DNA from: Oscillospiraceae bacterium
GTDB taxonomy: Bacteria > Bacillota > Clostridia > Oscillospirales > QAMX01
Direction of reading: 5' to 3'
NCBI GenBank assembly: GCA_015067715.1
Contig: SVLY01000005.1
Coordinates: 8,312-72,311 of the forward strand
DNA length: 64,000 bases
Below, in pieces: positions 9,672 through 19,797 of this stretch (position 1 is the stretch's first letter; every line of letters starts with the position of its first letter). The notes under the pieces were generated by a model. That model had not been told where the DNA came from, ran no database searches, and was given only the letters and a program-made list of their open reading frames with translations. Both the position numbers and the translations under genes were made by a program.

Positions 9672-11711
9672 ATGAACGGAAACATTGAAATACTTGCTCC
9701 TGCCGGAGGGGAAGAACAGCTTCTTGCCGCGGTGAGATGCGGCGCAGATGCGGTCTACCTTGGGCTGAGATCCTTCAGCGCAAGACACGGCGCGGAAAAC
9801 TTCGACAGCGAGGCTCTTACCCGCTCCGTGGCCTTTTGCCACGGAAGGGGAGTTAAGGTCCACGTTGCAGTGAACACGGTTGCCCTTGACGGGGAGCTTT
9901 CGGACCTTGAAGCCGCCGCCGATGCCGTTGCCGCATCCGGGGCGGACGCGGTTATTTTGCAGGATCTTGGGGCTGTAAAGCTTTTCAGAGAAAAATACCC
10001 CACAATAAAGCGCCATATGTCCACCCAGGCGGCGGTGCACAACTGCGAGGGTGCCCGGGCGGCAATTGACCTGGGCTTTGACCGGGTCGTTCTCGCCCGT
10101 GAGCTGACTCTGGGGGAGATAAAAGAAATTTGCCGCACCGGCATAGAGTGCGAGGTCTTCGTTCACGGCGCGCTTTGTATGTGCGTTTCCGGCACCTGCT
10201 ACCTCTCCTCTGCCCTTGGCGGCAGAAGCGGCAACCGGGGGCGCTGTGCCCAGCCCTGTCGGCTGAATTTTACAAACGGGGAACGGGACTATGCCCTTTC
10301 TCTTAAGGATATGTGCCATATCGGTTATATGGATGAGCTTATTTCTGCCGGTGTGGCCTCGCTGAAGATCGAGGGCAGGCTGAAGCGGCCGGAATACGTT
10401 GCCGCCGCCGTTACTGCCTGCCGGAATGCCAGAGCAGGGGAGCCCTGGGACAGGGAGACTCTCCGCGCCGTTTTTTCCCGTTCCGGCTTTACGGACGGGT
10501 ATCTCACGGGCAGACGGGACGTTAAAATGTTCGGCCGCCGGGAAGAGGCCGACGTTAAGGACTCCGCCGCGGTGCTGAGCTCCTTAAAAGAGCTTTACCG
10601 CCGGCCTTTTGGCGCCGTGCCTGTGGATATGTCCCTTGAAATTGCAGAAGACCGGCCTGCCCGGCTCAGCGTGAGCTGTGAGGGGGAGAGGGTCGAGGTT
10701 TCAGGCGCCGTGCCGGAAAAGGCTCTCTCCCGTCCCACGGACGGTGAGACCGCCCGAAAGGCCCTGTCCAAAACGGGGGGCACGCCCTTCGTGCTGGCAG
10801 AGCTTAAGACGGATATCGCCCCGGGGCTCATGCTTCCCTCCTCCGGGCTGAACGCCATGAGAAAAGAGGGGCTTGAAAAGCTTCTTGCCCTTAGAGAAAA
10901 GGTCACCCCCCACGGGGAAATGCCCTTTGACTTCGGTCTCACCCAGCCCCACAGGGCAACCGAGCCCGGACTCTGGCTTCGGTTTCCGTCATCTGAGCTG
11001 CTCTGCTGTGAGGATGCGGCGGAGCGGGTAATTCTTCCCGCCGGGGAGATAAGTGAAAAGCCGGAGCTTGTTTCACGTCTTGGGGAAAAGCTTGTGGCAG
11101 AGCTTCCATATATCTGCTTTCCCGAAAACGAGGGCGAAACGGAAGCCCTTGCAAAAAGACTTTTTGACCTGGGCGTTCGCAGGGTGTGGACGGAGAATAT
11201 CTACGCCGTGCGCCTTGGGGCAAGACTGGGCTTTGAGGTCTGCGGCGGCTTTGGGCTGAACGTTACAAACACGGTCGCCCTGAACGAGTACCAAAAGCTG
11301 GGACTTAGGAGCGTCACCCTCTCTATGGAGCTTCCCGCAAGAGAGATATCCTCCCTTGGGGGAGAGCTTCCCCGGGGAATTGCGGTCTACGGGCATATGC
11401 CGCTGATGCGTTTTCGGACCTGTCCTGCGAGAAGATCCTCGGGCTGTGGGAGCTGTGACGGAAAGCCCACCCTTCGGGACAGGAAAAACATGGACTTCCC
11501 CCTGGTCTGCGAGAAGCGAAGATACGTCAGCCTGTTGAACCCCGTGCCCCTTTACGTTGGAGACAGAGTGATCCGGGGGGTGGACTTCCGCCTGGCCTAT
11601 TTCACCGTTGAGACCCGCCAAAAGGCGGAAAAAACCGTGGCGCTTATTCTCTCCGGGGAAAAGACCGGGGAAAACCACACCACGGGAATGTATTATTCAA
11701 AACTGCTTTAA
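9672..11711 (+). CDS. Peptidase U32 family protein (collagenase-like, long form)
   Basis: MNGNIEILAPAGGEEQLLAAVRCGADAVYLGL..., EVFVHGALCMCVSGTCYLS, RSGNRGRCAQPCR, SLKIEGRLKRPEYV are U32 signatures. Confidence 0.85.
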   Translation: MNGNIEILAPAGGEEQLLAAVRCGADAVYLGLRSFSARHGAENFDSEALTRSVAFCHGRGVKVHVAVNTVALDGELSDLEAAADAVAASGADAVILQDLGAVKLFREKYPTIKRHMSTQAAVHNCEGARAAIDLGFDRVVLARELTLGEIKEICRTGIECEVFVHGALCMCVSGTCYLSSALGGRSGNRGRCAQPCRLNFTNGERDYALSLKDMCHIGYMDELISAGVASLKIEGRLKRPEYVAAAVTACRNARAGEPWDRETLRAVFSRSGFTDGYLTGRRDVKMFGRREEADVKDSAAVLSSLKELYRRPFGAVPVDMSLEIAEDRPARLSVSCEGERVEVSGAVPEKALSRPTDGETARKALSKTGGTPFVLAELKTDIAPGLMLPSSGLNAMRKEGLEKLLALREKVTPHGEMPFDFGLTQPHRATEPGLWLRFPSSELLCCEDAAERVILPAGEISEKPELVSRLGEKLVAELPYICFPENEGETEALAKRLFDLGVRRVWTENIYAVRLGARLGFEVCGGFGLNVTNTVALNEYQKLGLRSVTLSMELPAREISSLGGELPRGIAVYGHMPLMRFRTCPARRSSGCGSCDGKPTLRDRKNMDFPLVCEKRRYVSLLNPVPLYVGDRVIRGVDFRLAYFTVETRQKAEKTVALILSGEKTGENHTTGMYYSKLL

Positions 11712-11717
11712 TAAAAC

Positions 11718-11755
11718 AAACTCACCAGAAAGGCTTTTTCGGGTGAGTTTTGATT
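11718..11755 (+). terminator. Intrinsic terminator after the U32 gene
   Basis: Stem aaactcacc (11718-11726) / ggtgagttt (11742-11750) followed by a T-rich tail. The loop is rather long. Confidence 0.45.
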
Positions 11756-11762
11756 TCAGGTC

Positions 11763-12383
11763 TTATTTTACGGTGTAATCTCCGCGGAGGAACACGCTTG
11801 CGTCGGCGGTGGCCTTCAGACCGCAGTTATCCTCCGGGGCAACGTAGAGAACGTTCTGCCCCAGGGCTTTGCCGTCGGAAAGCGTGCTTCCGGCAGGAAC
11901 GTCCAGCAGAGCGGAGACGGAAGCGGCGCTTCCGCTTCTGAGGAAGAACTCGGCGCCCTCCTCGCAGATCAGAGTCTGGCCGGCCTTGAGGGTAACGGTG
12001 CGGTAGACGTCGGCCTCGGTGGGGGCTGTGACGGTGACGGACATGAGCCGTTCGCTGATGGCCTCTTCAAGAAGGGCAACGTAGGCCGCGTCGTCAAGGG
12101 CAGAGCCGGTCTCAGCGTTGAATTTTTCAACGAGCTGGGTTATCTGCTCCTTGTAATCCTCGGCAAGGGCTGTGAGCTTGTCGTTTTCGGTCTTTGCCGC
12201 GGCGGCGACAGCCTCGTCTATAAGCTTTTCCACAGAGGGCTGAAAGATCTCTTCAAGGTAGCTTTTGGTGATAAGGGGGTCTGTTTGGGTGCCTTCGCCG
12301 TTGGCAAGGGCAAAAAGTCCGCCGGAAATGCCGAGAATGAGAACTGCTCCTGCGATAAGTAAAACAAGCCTTTTTTTCTTCAT
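11763..12383 (-). CDS. Hypothetical membrane-anchored/secreted protein
   Basis: An N-terminal signal/anchor MKKKRLVLLIAGAVLILGISGGLFALA is followed by a helical acidic region. No family was recognised. Confidence 0.55.
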   Translation of the reverse strand: MKKKRLVLLIAGAVLILGISGGLFALANGEGTQTDPLITKSYLEEIFQPSVEKLIDEAVAAAAKTENDKLTALAEDYKEQITQLVEKFNAETGSALDDAAYVALLEEAISERLMSVTVTAPTEADVYRTVTLKAGQTLICEEGAEFFLRSGSAASVSALLDVPAGSTLSDGKALGQNVLYVAPEDNCGLKATADASVFLRGDYTVK

Positions 12384-12417
12384 AGCGGTGGGACCGTCCT
12401 TTCTTTTGTGAGAAAAA

Positions 12418-12783
12418 TCAGGGTGTTCCGAGGCCGAAGCTCACCGCAAGAGCGCCGTCGATACGGGTCATAAGCCCGTCGTCAATGCGACCCATGTGTT
12501 CCTTCAGCCTTTTTTTGTCAATGGTGCGAATCTGTTCCAAAAGCACAACGCTGTCCCGGGAGAGTCCGCAGGTCTGGCCTGTGAGCTCGATGTGGGTGGG
12601 AAGCCGGGCCTTGTTGGTCTGGGAGGTTATGGCCGCGGCAATAACCGTGGGGCTGTGCTTGTTGCCTACGTCGTTCTGAACTATCAAAACCGGTCTAATC
12701 CCGCCCTGTTCGCTTCCCACAACGGGACTGAGATCGGCATAGAAAATATCGCCTCTGCGAATCTGTTCCACTTGTTTTTTCAC
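12418..12783 (-). CDS. mazF: MazF/EndoA (PemK family) mRNA interferase toxin
   Basis: [47 protein letters not shown]...LPTHIEL...[18 protein letters not shown] is nearly collinear with B. subtilis EndoA (NdoA). It has a GTG start, and the initiation signals are weak. Confidence 0.85.
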   Translation of the reverse strand: MKKQVEQIRRGDIFYADLSPVVGSEQGGIRPVLIVQNDVGNKHSPTVIAAAITSQTNKARLPTHIELTGQTCGLSRDSVVLLEQIRTIDKKRLKEHMGRIDDGLMTRIDGALAVSFGLGTP

Positions 12784-12923
12784 GCTCCGGTCAATGTATT
12801 CGGATCGGCTCCGAATCTATTGTGCCAAAAATCGGGGGTGTTTAATCAGGCCGGGACAGATTTTTTTGGTCTTCGGCCAAAACCCTCTTCATTGGTATAA
12901 TATTCCGTGGAGCGTAAAGGGGT

Positions 12924-14048
12924 TCAGTCTTTTCGGGTGAACACCCGGGGAACCCTTCTGCCGACCCGGCAGAGAAGCTCGTAGTTTATGGTGCCGCAAA
13001 GGGAAGCCACCTGTTCGGCAGGCAGCTCACGGCCGAGAATAATTGCCTCGTCTCCGGGCGAGACGGGAACGTCAGTCACGTCGAACATGGTCATATCCAT
13101 GCAGACCCTGCCTATAACGGGGCAGAGCCTGCCGTTTATAAGGGCAACGCCCCGGTTGGAAAGGGCACGGTCGAACCCGTCCGCATAGCCAAGGCAGACG
13201 ACGGCGATCTTTGTGTCCCGTTCCAGCTTTTTTGCGCCATAGCTGATGGTGGAGCCTGCGGGATAGTCGGTTATCTGGGATACGACGGATTTAAGTGTCA
13301 TAACGGGGGAGAGACCGGCGTCTGAGAAGATGGAATCCTCACAGCTGTCCGGCACACAGCCGTAGAGCACGATGCCAAGCCGCACGGAATCCAGGGCAAA
13401 TTCCGGATGGCGAAGGGCGGCGGCGCTGTTACAGCAGTGGCGGTTGGGAAGCTCAACGCCAAGCTCTGCGGCCATTTCGCAGGCCTTTGTGAAGAGAGCG
13501 TACTGGTGCAGGGTGAGGGCATCGTCCGGCTCGTCGGCGGTGGAGAAATGGGTGAAGGCGCCCATCACACGAATCCCGGGAAGGGCGGCAATGCGTGCCA
13601 TCTCTTCGGCGGCGGAGGAAAGCAGCTCCTCGCTTCTTGCGGCAATGCCAAGGCGGCCCATGCCCGTCTCCAGCTTGATGTGAACGCCGATATTGCAGTT
13701 CATGTCCGACAGCGCTTTGGCGGTCTCGTAGCCGGTGACGGCGGTGAAGATGTCCAGCTTGCGCATGATGTGTGCCTCTTCCGGAGGAGTGTTGCCCAGA
13801 ATGAGGATGGGCAGGCTGATTCCGGCGCGGCGTATGGCCGCGGCCTCGTCCAGATTGCTCACCGCAAGGCTGTTTGCCCCAAGGGCTTCCAGCTCCCGGG
13901 CCACGACCTCTGCGCCGTGGCCGTAGGCGTCGGCCTTGACAACGGCGGTTATGCCCGCAGTTTCGGGAATGCGGGCGCGGAGCTTTTTGAAATTATCTCT
14001 CAGGGCAGAAAGGTCGATCTCTGCCCAGGTCCTTCTTAAAAAATCCAT
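12924..14048 (-). CDS. alr: Alanine racemase
   Basis: AVVKADAYGHGA (PLP lysine motif), a length of about 374 aa and a C-terminal beta domain. Confidence 0.9.
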   Translation of the reverse strand: MDFLRRTWAEIDLSALRDNFKKLRARIPETAGITAVVKADAYGHGAEVVARELEALGANSLAVSNLDEAAAIRRAGISLPILILGNTPPEEAHIMRKLDIFTAVTGYETAKALSDMNCNIGVHIKLETGMGRLGIAARSEELLSSAAEEMARIAALPGIRVMGAFTHFSTADEPDDALTLHQYALFTKACEMAAELGVELPNRHCCNSAAALRHPEFALDSVRLGIVLYGCVPDSCEDSIFSDAGLSPVMTLKSVVSQITDYPAGSTISYGAKKLERDTKIAVVCLGYADGFDRALSNRGVALINGRLCPVIGRVCMDMTMFDVTDVPVSPGDEAIILGRELPAEQVASLCGTINYELLCRVGRRVPRVFTRKD

Positions 14049-14067
14049 GGTAGTTTATGTCTTTCTG

Positions 14068-14655
14068 TTATTCATTTGAGGATGAATTCAGGGTAACCTC
14101 AGTAAATTCCGCTGTGAGCACGGCCTTTCCCCGGCAAAACACCTGAGCGCAGACGGGAACAAGGCTTTCGCTGTCGAGGGTGATGCGGTGCATAAACTCG
14201 TCTCCGTCCAGCTCGCTCCAAACGCTCACCGAGATCAGGGGCTTATCATCTTCGGTGAGTGAAAAAACTCCCTCGTAGTTCCCCGAAGAGAGGGCTTTGA
14301 GCATATCCGGCAAAAGCTTGACCGGGGTCGCACCGGTGCCGTCCAGACTTGGGGGGAGAAACACCACCCCGTCGAAGCTGAGCTCAAGATCCTCCCCATT
14401 TGCCGAAAAGGTCAGCCCGGAGAGACTCAGTGGCTCGGAGACGGTGAGAACGTGGGTGTTTTGGGAAAAGCTGTGGTTGAGAACGTAGTCCGTAAGGTAG
14501 TCTCCGTGGTCCATGGTGACGAGCACCGTGGCGGAGAAGCTTTCCAGCCCGCCGTAAAGCTCTGCGGCACGGGAGGCTGTTTTGAGGGGGTCTTCTCCGC
14601 AGGCGGAGAGAAGCATCATTAGTGTGAAAACCGCGGCGAGAATGCGCTTTTTCAC
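14068..14655 (-). CDS. Lipoprotein at the position of B. subtilis ydcC (LolA-like)
   Basis: Lipobox LLSAC after MKKRILAAVFTLMM. It lies immediately upstream of alr, as ydcC does in B. subtilis. The synteny argument is from memory. Confidence 0.6.
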   Translation of the reverse strand: MKKRILAAVFTLMMLLSACGEDPLKTASRAAELYGGLESFSATVLVTMDHGDYLTDYVLNHSFSQNTHVLTVSEPLSLSGLTFSANGEDLELSFDGVVFLPPSLDGTGATPVKLLPDMLKALSSGNYEGVFSLTEDDKPLISVSVWSELDGDEFMHRITLDSESLVPVCAQVFCRGKAVLTAEFTEVTLNSSSNE

Positions 14656-14688
14656 AGAGAGTATACCTCGAAAAAATATTTGCGGAGC

Positions 14689-15546
14689 TCAGCGGCCAAG
14701 CAGGCTTTTCAGCGCTAAAGGCAGCATATCCAGCATATCTCCGGGAGTCATGCCCACCTGCCCCTGTTTTTCGGCGGCCATGTCCCCGGCGAGCCCGTGG
14801 ACGAAAACCGCCGCCGCGGCGGCAGAGAAGCTGTCCGCACCCTGGGCGATGAAGGCTCCCGTGAGCCCGGCGAGAATATCTCCGCTTCCACCCCGTGCCA
14901 TGCCGGGGTTTCCGGTGGTGTTGACGAAAAGCCTTCCGTCGGGAGCGGCAACGGCCGTGCCGGGACCCTTGAAAACGGTGACGGCGTTAAAGGTCTTCGC
15001 CGCACGGAGAGCGGCCTCTGCCCGGCTTTCTCCCGGGGCGCGGTGGAACCCAAGCCTTGCAAGCTCTCCCTCGTGGGGAGTGAGCACAAGGTCGCGGCCC
15101 CGCAGTTTATCTATATTCCCCTCAAAGGCGTTTATTCCGTCCGCATCCAGCACGACGGGGACGGAAGCGGTGGCAACAAGGTCGAAGACGGTCTTTTCCG
15201 TCTCAGCGCCACGGCCGAGCCCACAGCCCAGCACCAGCACCTTTGCCCGGGAGAGCTTTTCTTTTATCGCAGGCAGAGCTCCGGTACACACCCGTCCGTG
15301 GCTTTCACTGACGGGAAAGGCCATTGCGGCTTCGGTCTTAACTGCCAGAATGGGGTAGATGCTCTCCGGTACGGCCAGAAACACCAGCCCCGCGCCGCCG
15401 CGGACGGCAGCTTCGGAGGCGAGGTACGCCGCTCCCGTAAAGCCCACACTTCCCCCAAGGATCACAACGGAGCCGTAGTCTCCCTTGTGGCTTTCGCTTT
15501 TCCGGGGCAGAAGGATCTGCCTGACAAGCTCCTGACCGCGGATCAT
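14689..15546 (-). CDS. nnrD: ADP-dependent NAD(P)H-hydrate dehydratase (YjeF C-terminal domain)
   Basis: SHKGDYGSVVILGGSVGFTGAAYLASEAAVRGGAGLV..., TPHEGELARL, GNPGMARGGSGDILAG. Confidence 0.85.
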   Translation of the reverse strand: MIRGQELVRQILLPRKSESHKGDYGSVVILGGSVGFTGAAYLASEAAVRGGAGLVFLAVPESIYPILAVKTEAAMAFPVSESHGRVCTGALPAIKEKLSRAKVLVLGCGLGRGAETEKTVFDLVATASVPVVLDADGINAFEGNIDKLRGRDLVLTPHEGELARLGFHRAPGESRAEAALRAAKTFNAVTVFKGPGTAVAAPDGRLFVNTTGNPGMARGGSGDILAGLTGAFIAQGADSFSAAAAAVFVHGLAGDMAAEKQGQVGMTPGDMLDMLPLALKSLLGR

Positions 15547-16070
15547 TCTTCTTCGGTCTTTTTGGGTTCCATGACGAACCGGGGGATGTAGGTGCGGATG
15601 CCGTCGCGCATTTTTCTGGGGGGATCGAAGATCAGCAGGGTCTTGCCCGCCTTGGGATCGTCGAAAATGGCAAACCAGCGGCGGCTGTCGTTTATGCCGG
15701 AGGAGTAGTCCAAAGTGCGGCGGATGCTCTTGTTTTTCATCTTTGCGCTGTGCTCAGAGGCGACGGGTGCAAGGATCTCGATGGTCTTGACGTTTACGTT
15801 GAGAACGTTTTTCCGTCTTTCACGGGAGACGATCCTGTCTATGTCGAGCTCGTCGTTGGTGAGGCAGTATTCAAATTCCACGTCAAACTCTTTGTAGGCA
15901 AAGAAAATACCTGCGCCCACGGCAACGATGACCAGCAGGGCGAAAATACCCAGAAAATACAGGGACAGAGCCATTATTGCAATGGCGGCAAGGCCGATAA
16001 GACCCTTATAAAGCAGCTGTTTTGGGCCGTTCTTTCTCTTTACAAGATATTCGTTGAAAATGTCACCCAT
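15543..16070 (-). CDS. Hypothetical membrane protein (two TM helices plus soluble C-terminal domain)
   Basis: ORF with hydrophobic segments LIGLAAIAIMALSLYFLGIFALLVIVAVGAGIFFA. It has a 4-nt overlap with nnrD. Confidence 0.55.
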   Translation of the reverse strand: MGDIFNEYLVKRKNGPKQLLYKGLIGLAAIAIMALSLYFLGIFALLVIVAVGAGIFFAYKEFDVEFEYCLTNDELDIDRIVSRERRKNVLNVNVKTIEILAPVASEHSAKMKNKSIRRTLDYSSGINDSRRWFAIFDDPKAGKTLLIFDPPRKMRDGIRTYIPRFVMEPKKTEEE

Positions 16071-16228
16071 TTCGGTACCTCCGACTGTGATTTGTCAGCT
16101 TATATTATAGCATACCCGACAAAAAAATTAAAGAGCCCAATGAAAACTCTTTGTTTCGTTATTGTATCAGACTTGCAAATTTTTCTCCGGGAAGGTATAA
16201 TAAACAGTGCGAGAGGGGGCTGTGCCTT

Positions 16229-18157
16229 TTGAAACATATCGAGAACGGAAAATATACTGAGCTCGGGCACGAGTTTTTGCCCGTGTCCGTGGCGGACATG
16301 GAGAAGCTGGGCTGGGAGGATTACGATTTTCTCTACGTCTGCGGAGACGCCTACGTTGACCATCCCTCCTTTGGCGCGGCGATAATCTCCCGTGTCCTTG
16401 AGGCAGAGGGGTACAGGGTGTGTATGTACTGCCAGCCCCCCTTTGAAAAAGGCAAAATGAAAATGCCCTTTCCCAGACCCCGGCTTGGCGCTCTGGTCAG
16501 CTCGGGAAACATAGACTCAATGGTGGCTCACTATACCGCCGCACGCCGAAAGAGAAGCGAGGACTGGTATTCCCCGGAGAAGAAAATGGGTCTCCGTCCC
16601 GACAGAGCGGTTATCGTCTACTCCCGTGAGCTGAGAAGGATATTCGGTGACCTGCCCATCATCATCGGCGGTCTCGAGGCATCTCTGCGCCGCTTTGCCC
16701 ACTACGACTATTGGGACGACGCCGTCCGCCCCTCGGTTCTGGCAGATTCCGGAGCGGACATTCTCACCTACGGCATGGGCGAGCGTTCTATCCCGGAGAT
16801 CGCAAAGCTTCTGGACAGGGGAGTGCCCGTTGAAAAGATAACCGGGGTGCGCGGCACCTGCTATATGTCCGACGTTCGCGGAAGCGGCGATTTTGAGACC
16901 GTGGAGTGCGCCCCCTTTGAAAAATGCCGCGACCTTTCCACCGACGCCGGAAAGCTTGAATACGCCAAGGCCTGCCGAATGCAGTACCGGGAGCACGACC
17001 ATTCCTCCGTCCGGGCTCTTGCCCAGCGCCACGGGGACAGGTATCTGGTGCAAAATCCGCCCTCTCTGCCATTAAAGCAGTGGGAGATGGACTGGGTCTA
17101 TTCCCTGCCCTATTGCCGCACGTGGCACCCGATGTACGACAAATCCGGCGGGATATCCGCCATTGAAGAGGTTAAATTCTCGATCACCCACGTTCGGGGC
17201 TGCTTTGGAAACTGCGCCTTCTGCTCCATCGCCTTCCACCAGGGGCGCTATATCCAGACCCGAAGCGAGGAGAGCGTTATAAGCGAGGCTCGGCTTCTCA
17301 CAACTCTGCCGGGGTTCAAGGGCTATATCCACGACGTTGGCGGCCCCACCGCAAACTTCCGCCGCCCCTCCTGCGACGGGCAGGAAAAGCGGGGACTCTG
17401 CCGGGACAGGAGCTGTCTTGCGCCGAAGCCCTGTCCCAATCTGAAGGTGGACCATTCTGAGTACCTCGCCCTTCTGGAAAAGCTCAGAGCAATTCCGGGG
17501 ATCAAAAAGGTCTTCATCCGTTCGGGCATTCGCTTTGACTATCTCATGGCCGACCCGGACGACCGCTTTTTCCGGGCTTTGGTCAAGCACCATATCAGCG
17601 GCCAGCTCAAGGTCGCTCCGGAGCATTGTGCATCCGGCGTGCTGGCCTATATGAACAAGCCGGAATTCAAGGTGTATGAGAGCTTCAAGAAAAAATACGA
17701 CGAGGAAAACCGCCGCCTTGGACTTAAGCAGTATCTGGTGCCGTATCTCATGTCCAGCCATCCGGGAAGCGACCTGGGCTGTGCCATTGAGCTTGCACAG
17801 TATTTGCGCCGGGAAAGGCTCAATCCCGAGCAGGTGCAGGATTTTTACCCCACGCCGGGAACGGTTTCCACCTGTGCCTTTGCAACGGGGCTGGACCCCA
17901 GAACCTTAAAGCCCGTCTTCGTGCCCAGAAGTCCCACGGAAAAGGCCTGGCAGAGAGCTCTTTTGCAGTCCCGTGAGCCCCGCAACCGTGAGCTTGTGCG
18001 CGCCGCCCTGATAAAGGCCGGAAGGCGTGACCTTATGGGCTCCGGGCCGGAATGCCTCATCCCCGCCGACCCAAAGGACAGGCCCGTCCCCGAACAAAAA
18101 CGCCAGGCGTCCCAAAAGAAGACCGCACCCGCCAGACCTGCAAAAAAGAAAAGATAA
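16229..18157 (+). CDS. ygiQ: YgiQ family radical SAM protein (UPF0313)
   Basis: FLPVSVADMEKLGWEDYDFLYVCGDAYVDHPSFGAAII is the YgiQ N-terminus; HVRGCFGNCAFCS is the radical SAM cluster; the tail is basic. The start is moved to TTG 16229, which follows GAGGGGG. Confidence 0.85.
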   Translation: MKHIENGKYTELGHEFLPVSVADMEKLGWEDYDFLYVCGDAYVDHPSFGAAIISRVLEAEGYRVCMYCQPPFEKGKMKMPFPRPRLGALVSSGNIDSMVAHYTAARRKRSEDWYSPEKKMGLRPDRAVIVYSRELRRIFGDLPIIIGGLEASLRRFAHYDYWDDAVRPSVLADSGADILTYGMGERSIPEIAKLLDRGVPVEKITGVRGTCYMSDVRGSGDFETVECAPFEKCRDLSTDAGKLEYAKACRMQYREHDHSSVRALAQRHGDRYLVQNPPSLPLKQWEMDWVYSLPYCRTWHPMYDKSGGISAIEEVKFSITHVRGCFGNCAFCSIAFHQGRYIQTRSEESVISEARLLTTLPGFKGYIHDVGGPTANFRRPSCDGQEKRGLCRDRSCLAPKPCPNLKVDHSEYLALLEKLRAIPGIKKVFIRSGIRFDYLMADPDDRFFRALVKHHISGQLKVAPEHCASGVLAYMNKPEFKVYESFKKKYDEENRRLGLKQYLVPYLMSSHPGSDLGCAIELAQYLRRERLNPEQVQDFYPTPGTVSTCAFATGLDPRTLKPVFVPRSPTEKAWQRALLQSREPRNRELVRAALIKAGRRDLMGSGPECLIPADPKDRPVPEQKRQASQKKTAPARPAKKKR

Positions 18158-18162
18158 TTAAT

Positions 18163-18202
18163 CGCCGGAAGAGATCCCTTTAAGATCCCTTCCGGCGTTT
18201 TT
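18163..18202 (+). terminator. Intrinsic terminator after ygiQ
   Basis: Stem cgccggaag (18163-18171) / cttccggcg (18189-18197) followed by TTTTT. Confidence 0.6.
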
Positions 18203-18204
18203 GT

Positions 18205-19275
18205 TCAGATAAGCTCTGCCACGAGAGAGCCCATTGCCGAGCAGGAGACTTTTTCACAGTCCGGGGTGAAAATGTCTGCGGTGCGGAAGCCGCGGTTCAA
18301 AACGGTGTCCACGGCGGACTCTATCGCGTCGGCCTCGGCGGCCATGTCGAAGGAATAGCGGAGCATCATTGCGGCGGAGAGTATGGTGCCAAGGGGATTT
18401 GCAATATCCTGGCCCGCAATGTCCGGAGCAGAGCCGTGGATGGGCTCGTACATTCCAAGCGTCCCGGAGGAGAGTGATGCGGAGGGCATCATGCCGATCG
18501 AACCGGTCAACATGGAGGCCTCGTCGGAGAGGATATCTCCGAACATATTCTCGGTCACGATAACGTCGAATTGGCCGGGGTTTTTAACCAGCTGCATTGC
18601 GGCGTTGTCCACAAGGATATCGCAGTATTCAACCTGGGGGTATTCCTCTGCCAGAGAGTGCATAACGCTTCTCCACAGCCGGGAGGTGTCCAGAACGTTT
18701 GCCTTGTCCACGCTGGCAAGCTTTTTTCTGCGCTTCGTGGCAGTCTCGAAGGCGACGCGTCCGATGCGCTCTATCTCGTGGCGGGAGTAGGACATAATGT
18801 CGGTGGCGACGGTCTCTCCGTCCACCTCTTCGGTGGTGTGGCGGCCGAAATACACGCCTCCGGTGAGCTCCCGGACGATGAGCAGGTCGATGCCGTTGCC
18901 AACGATACTCTCCTTAAGGGGAGAGGCGGAGGCCAGCATGGGAAAGAGCTTTGTGGGGCGCAGGTTTGCAAAAAGTCCCAGCTCCTTTCGCACCGCAAGC
19001 AGAGCCTTTTCCGGACGGATGCTCTGGGGCACGATGTCCCACTTGGGGCCGCCCACGGCGCCCAGCAGAACGCTGTCCGCAGAGAGGCATTTTTCCATGC
19101 CCTCGGGAGTGATGGGAACCCCGTATTTGTCTATGGAACAGCCGCCGATGTCCACGTAGGTATAGGCAAAGCTGTGGCCGAATTTTTCTCCCACACGGCC
19201 GAGTACCTTTACGGCCTCTGCGATGATCTCCGGGCCGATACCGTCGCCGGAGAGAACGGTTATGTTTTTGTTCAC
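18205..19275 (-). CDS. leuB: 3-isopropylmalate dehydrogenase
   Basis: [47 protein letters not shown]. Confidence 0.9.
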   Translation of the reverse strand: MNKNITVLSGDGIGPEIIAEAVKVLGRVGEKFGHSFAYTYVDIGGCSIDKYGVPITPEGMEKCLSADSVLLGAVGGPKWDIVPQSIRPEKALLAVRKELGLFANLRPTKLFPMLASASPLKESIVGNGIDLLIVRELTGGVYFGRHTTEEVDGETVATDIMSYSRHEIERIGRVAFETATKRRKKLASVDKANVLDTSRLWRSVMHSLAEEYPQVEYCDILVDNAAMQLVKNPGQFDVIVTENMFGDILSDEASMLTGSIGMMPSASLSSGTLGMYEPIHGSAPDIAGQDIANPLGTILSAAMMLRYSFDMAAEADAIESAVDTVLNRGFRTADIFTPDCEKVSCSAMGSLVAELI

Positions 19276-19287
19276 CTCAGACCCCTC

Positions 19288-19773
19288 CTATGCCTTTGAA
19301 ATAGACTTCAAAAGTCCGCCCTTTGTGATTATCTCCTGAATGAACGGGGGAAAGGGCTGGGCCTTGTAGGTCTCGTTTTTGGTGAGGTTTGTGATAACTC
19401 CGGTGTCGAAGTCCACGCTGACCTCGTCCCCGGCGGATATCTTTTCGCTGGCCTCTTCGCACTCTAAAATTGCAAGGCCGATGTTTATGGCGTTGCGGTA
19501 AAAGATCCGGGCAAAGGTCTTTGCAATGACCAGGTCAACTCCCGCGGCCTTGATGGCGATGGGAGCGTGCTCTCTTGACGAGCCGCATCCGAAATTTGCG
19601 CCGCCGACCATGATATCGCCCTTTTTTACCTTATTAACGAAGGTCTTGTCGATGTCCTCCATGCAGTGGGAGGCCAGCTCGGCGTGATCTGCGGTGTTGA
19701 GATAGCGGGCGGGGATTATAACGTCGGTGTCGATATTGTCACCGTATTTGTGAACTGTACCCTGTGCGATCAT
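19288..19773 (-). CDS. leuD: 3-isopropylmalate dehydratase small subunit
   Basis: [29 protein letters not shown]. Confidence 0.9.
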   Translation of the reverse strand: MIAQGTVHKYGDNIDTDVIIPARYLNTADHAELASHCMEDIDKTFVNKVKKGDIMVGGANFGCGSSREHAPIAIKAAGVDLVIAKTFARIFYRNAINIGLAILECEEASEKISAGDEVSVDFDTGVITNLTKNETYKAQPFPPFIQEIITKGGLLKSISKA

Positions 19774-19797
19774 TTTTTCTGCCTTCCTTTCCTTGAA

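Noticed and set aside
12784-12923. A 16-aa ORF (MKRVLAEDQKNLSRPD) considered as a candidate MazE antitoxin.
   Set aside because: It is too short for an RHH or AbrB/SpoVT-type antitoxin fold and has no RBS. It was kept only as a note within the orphan-mazF finding.
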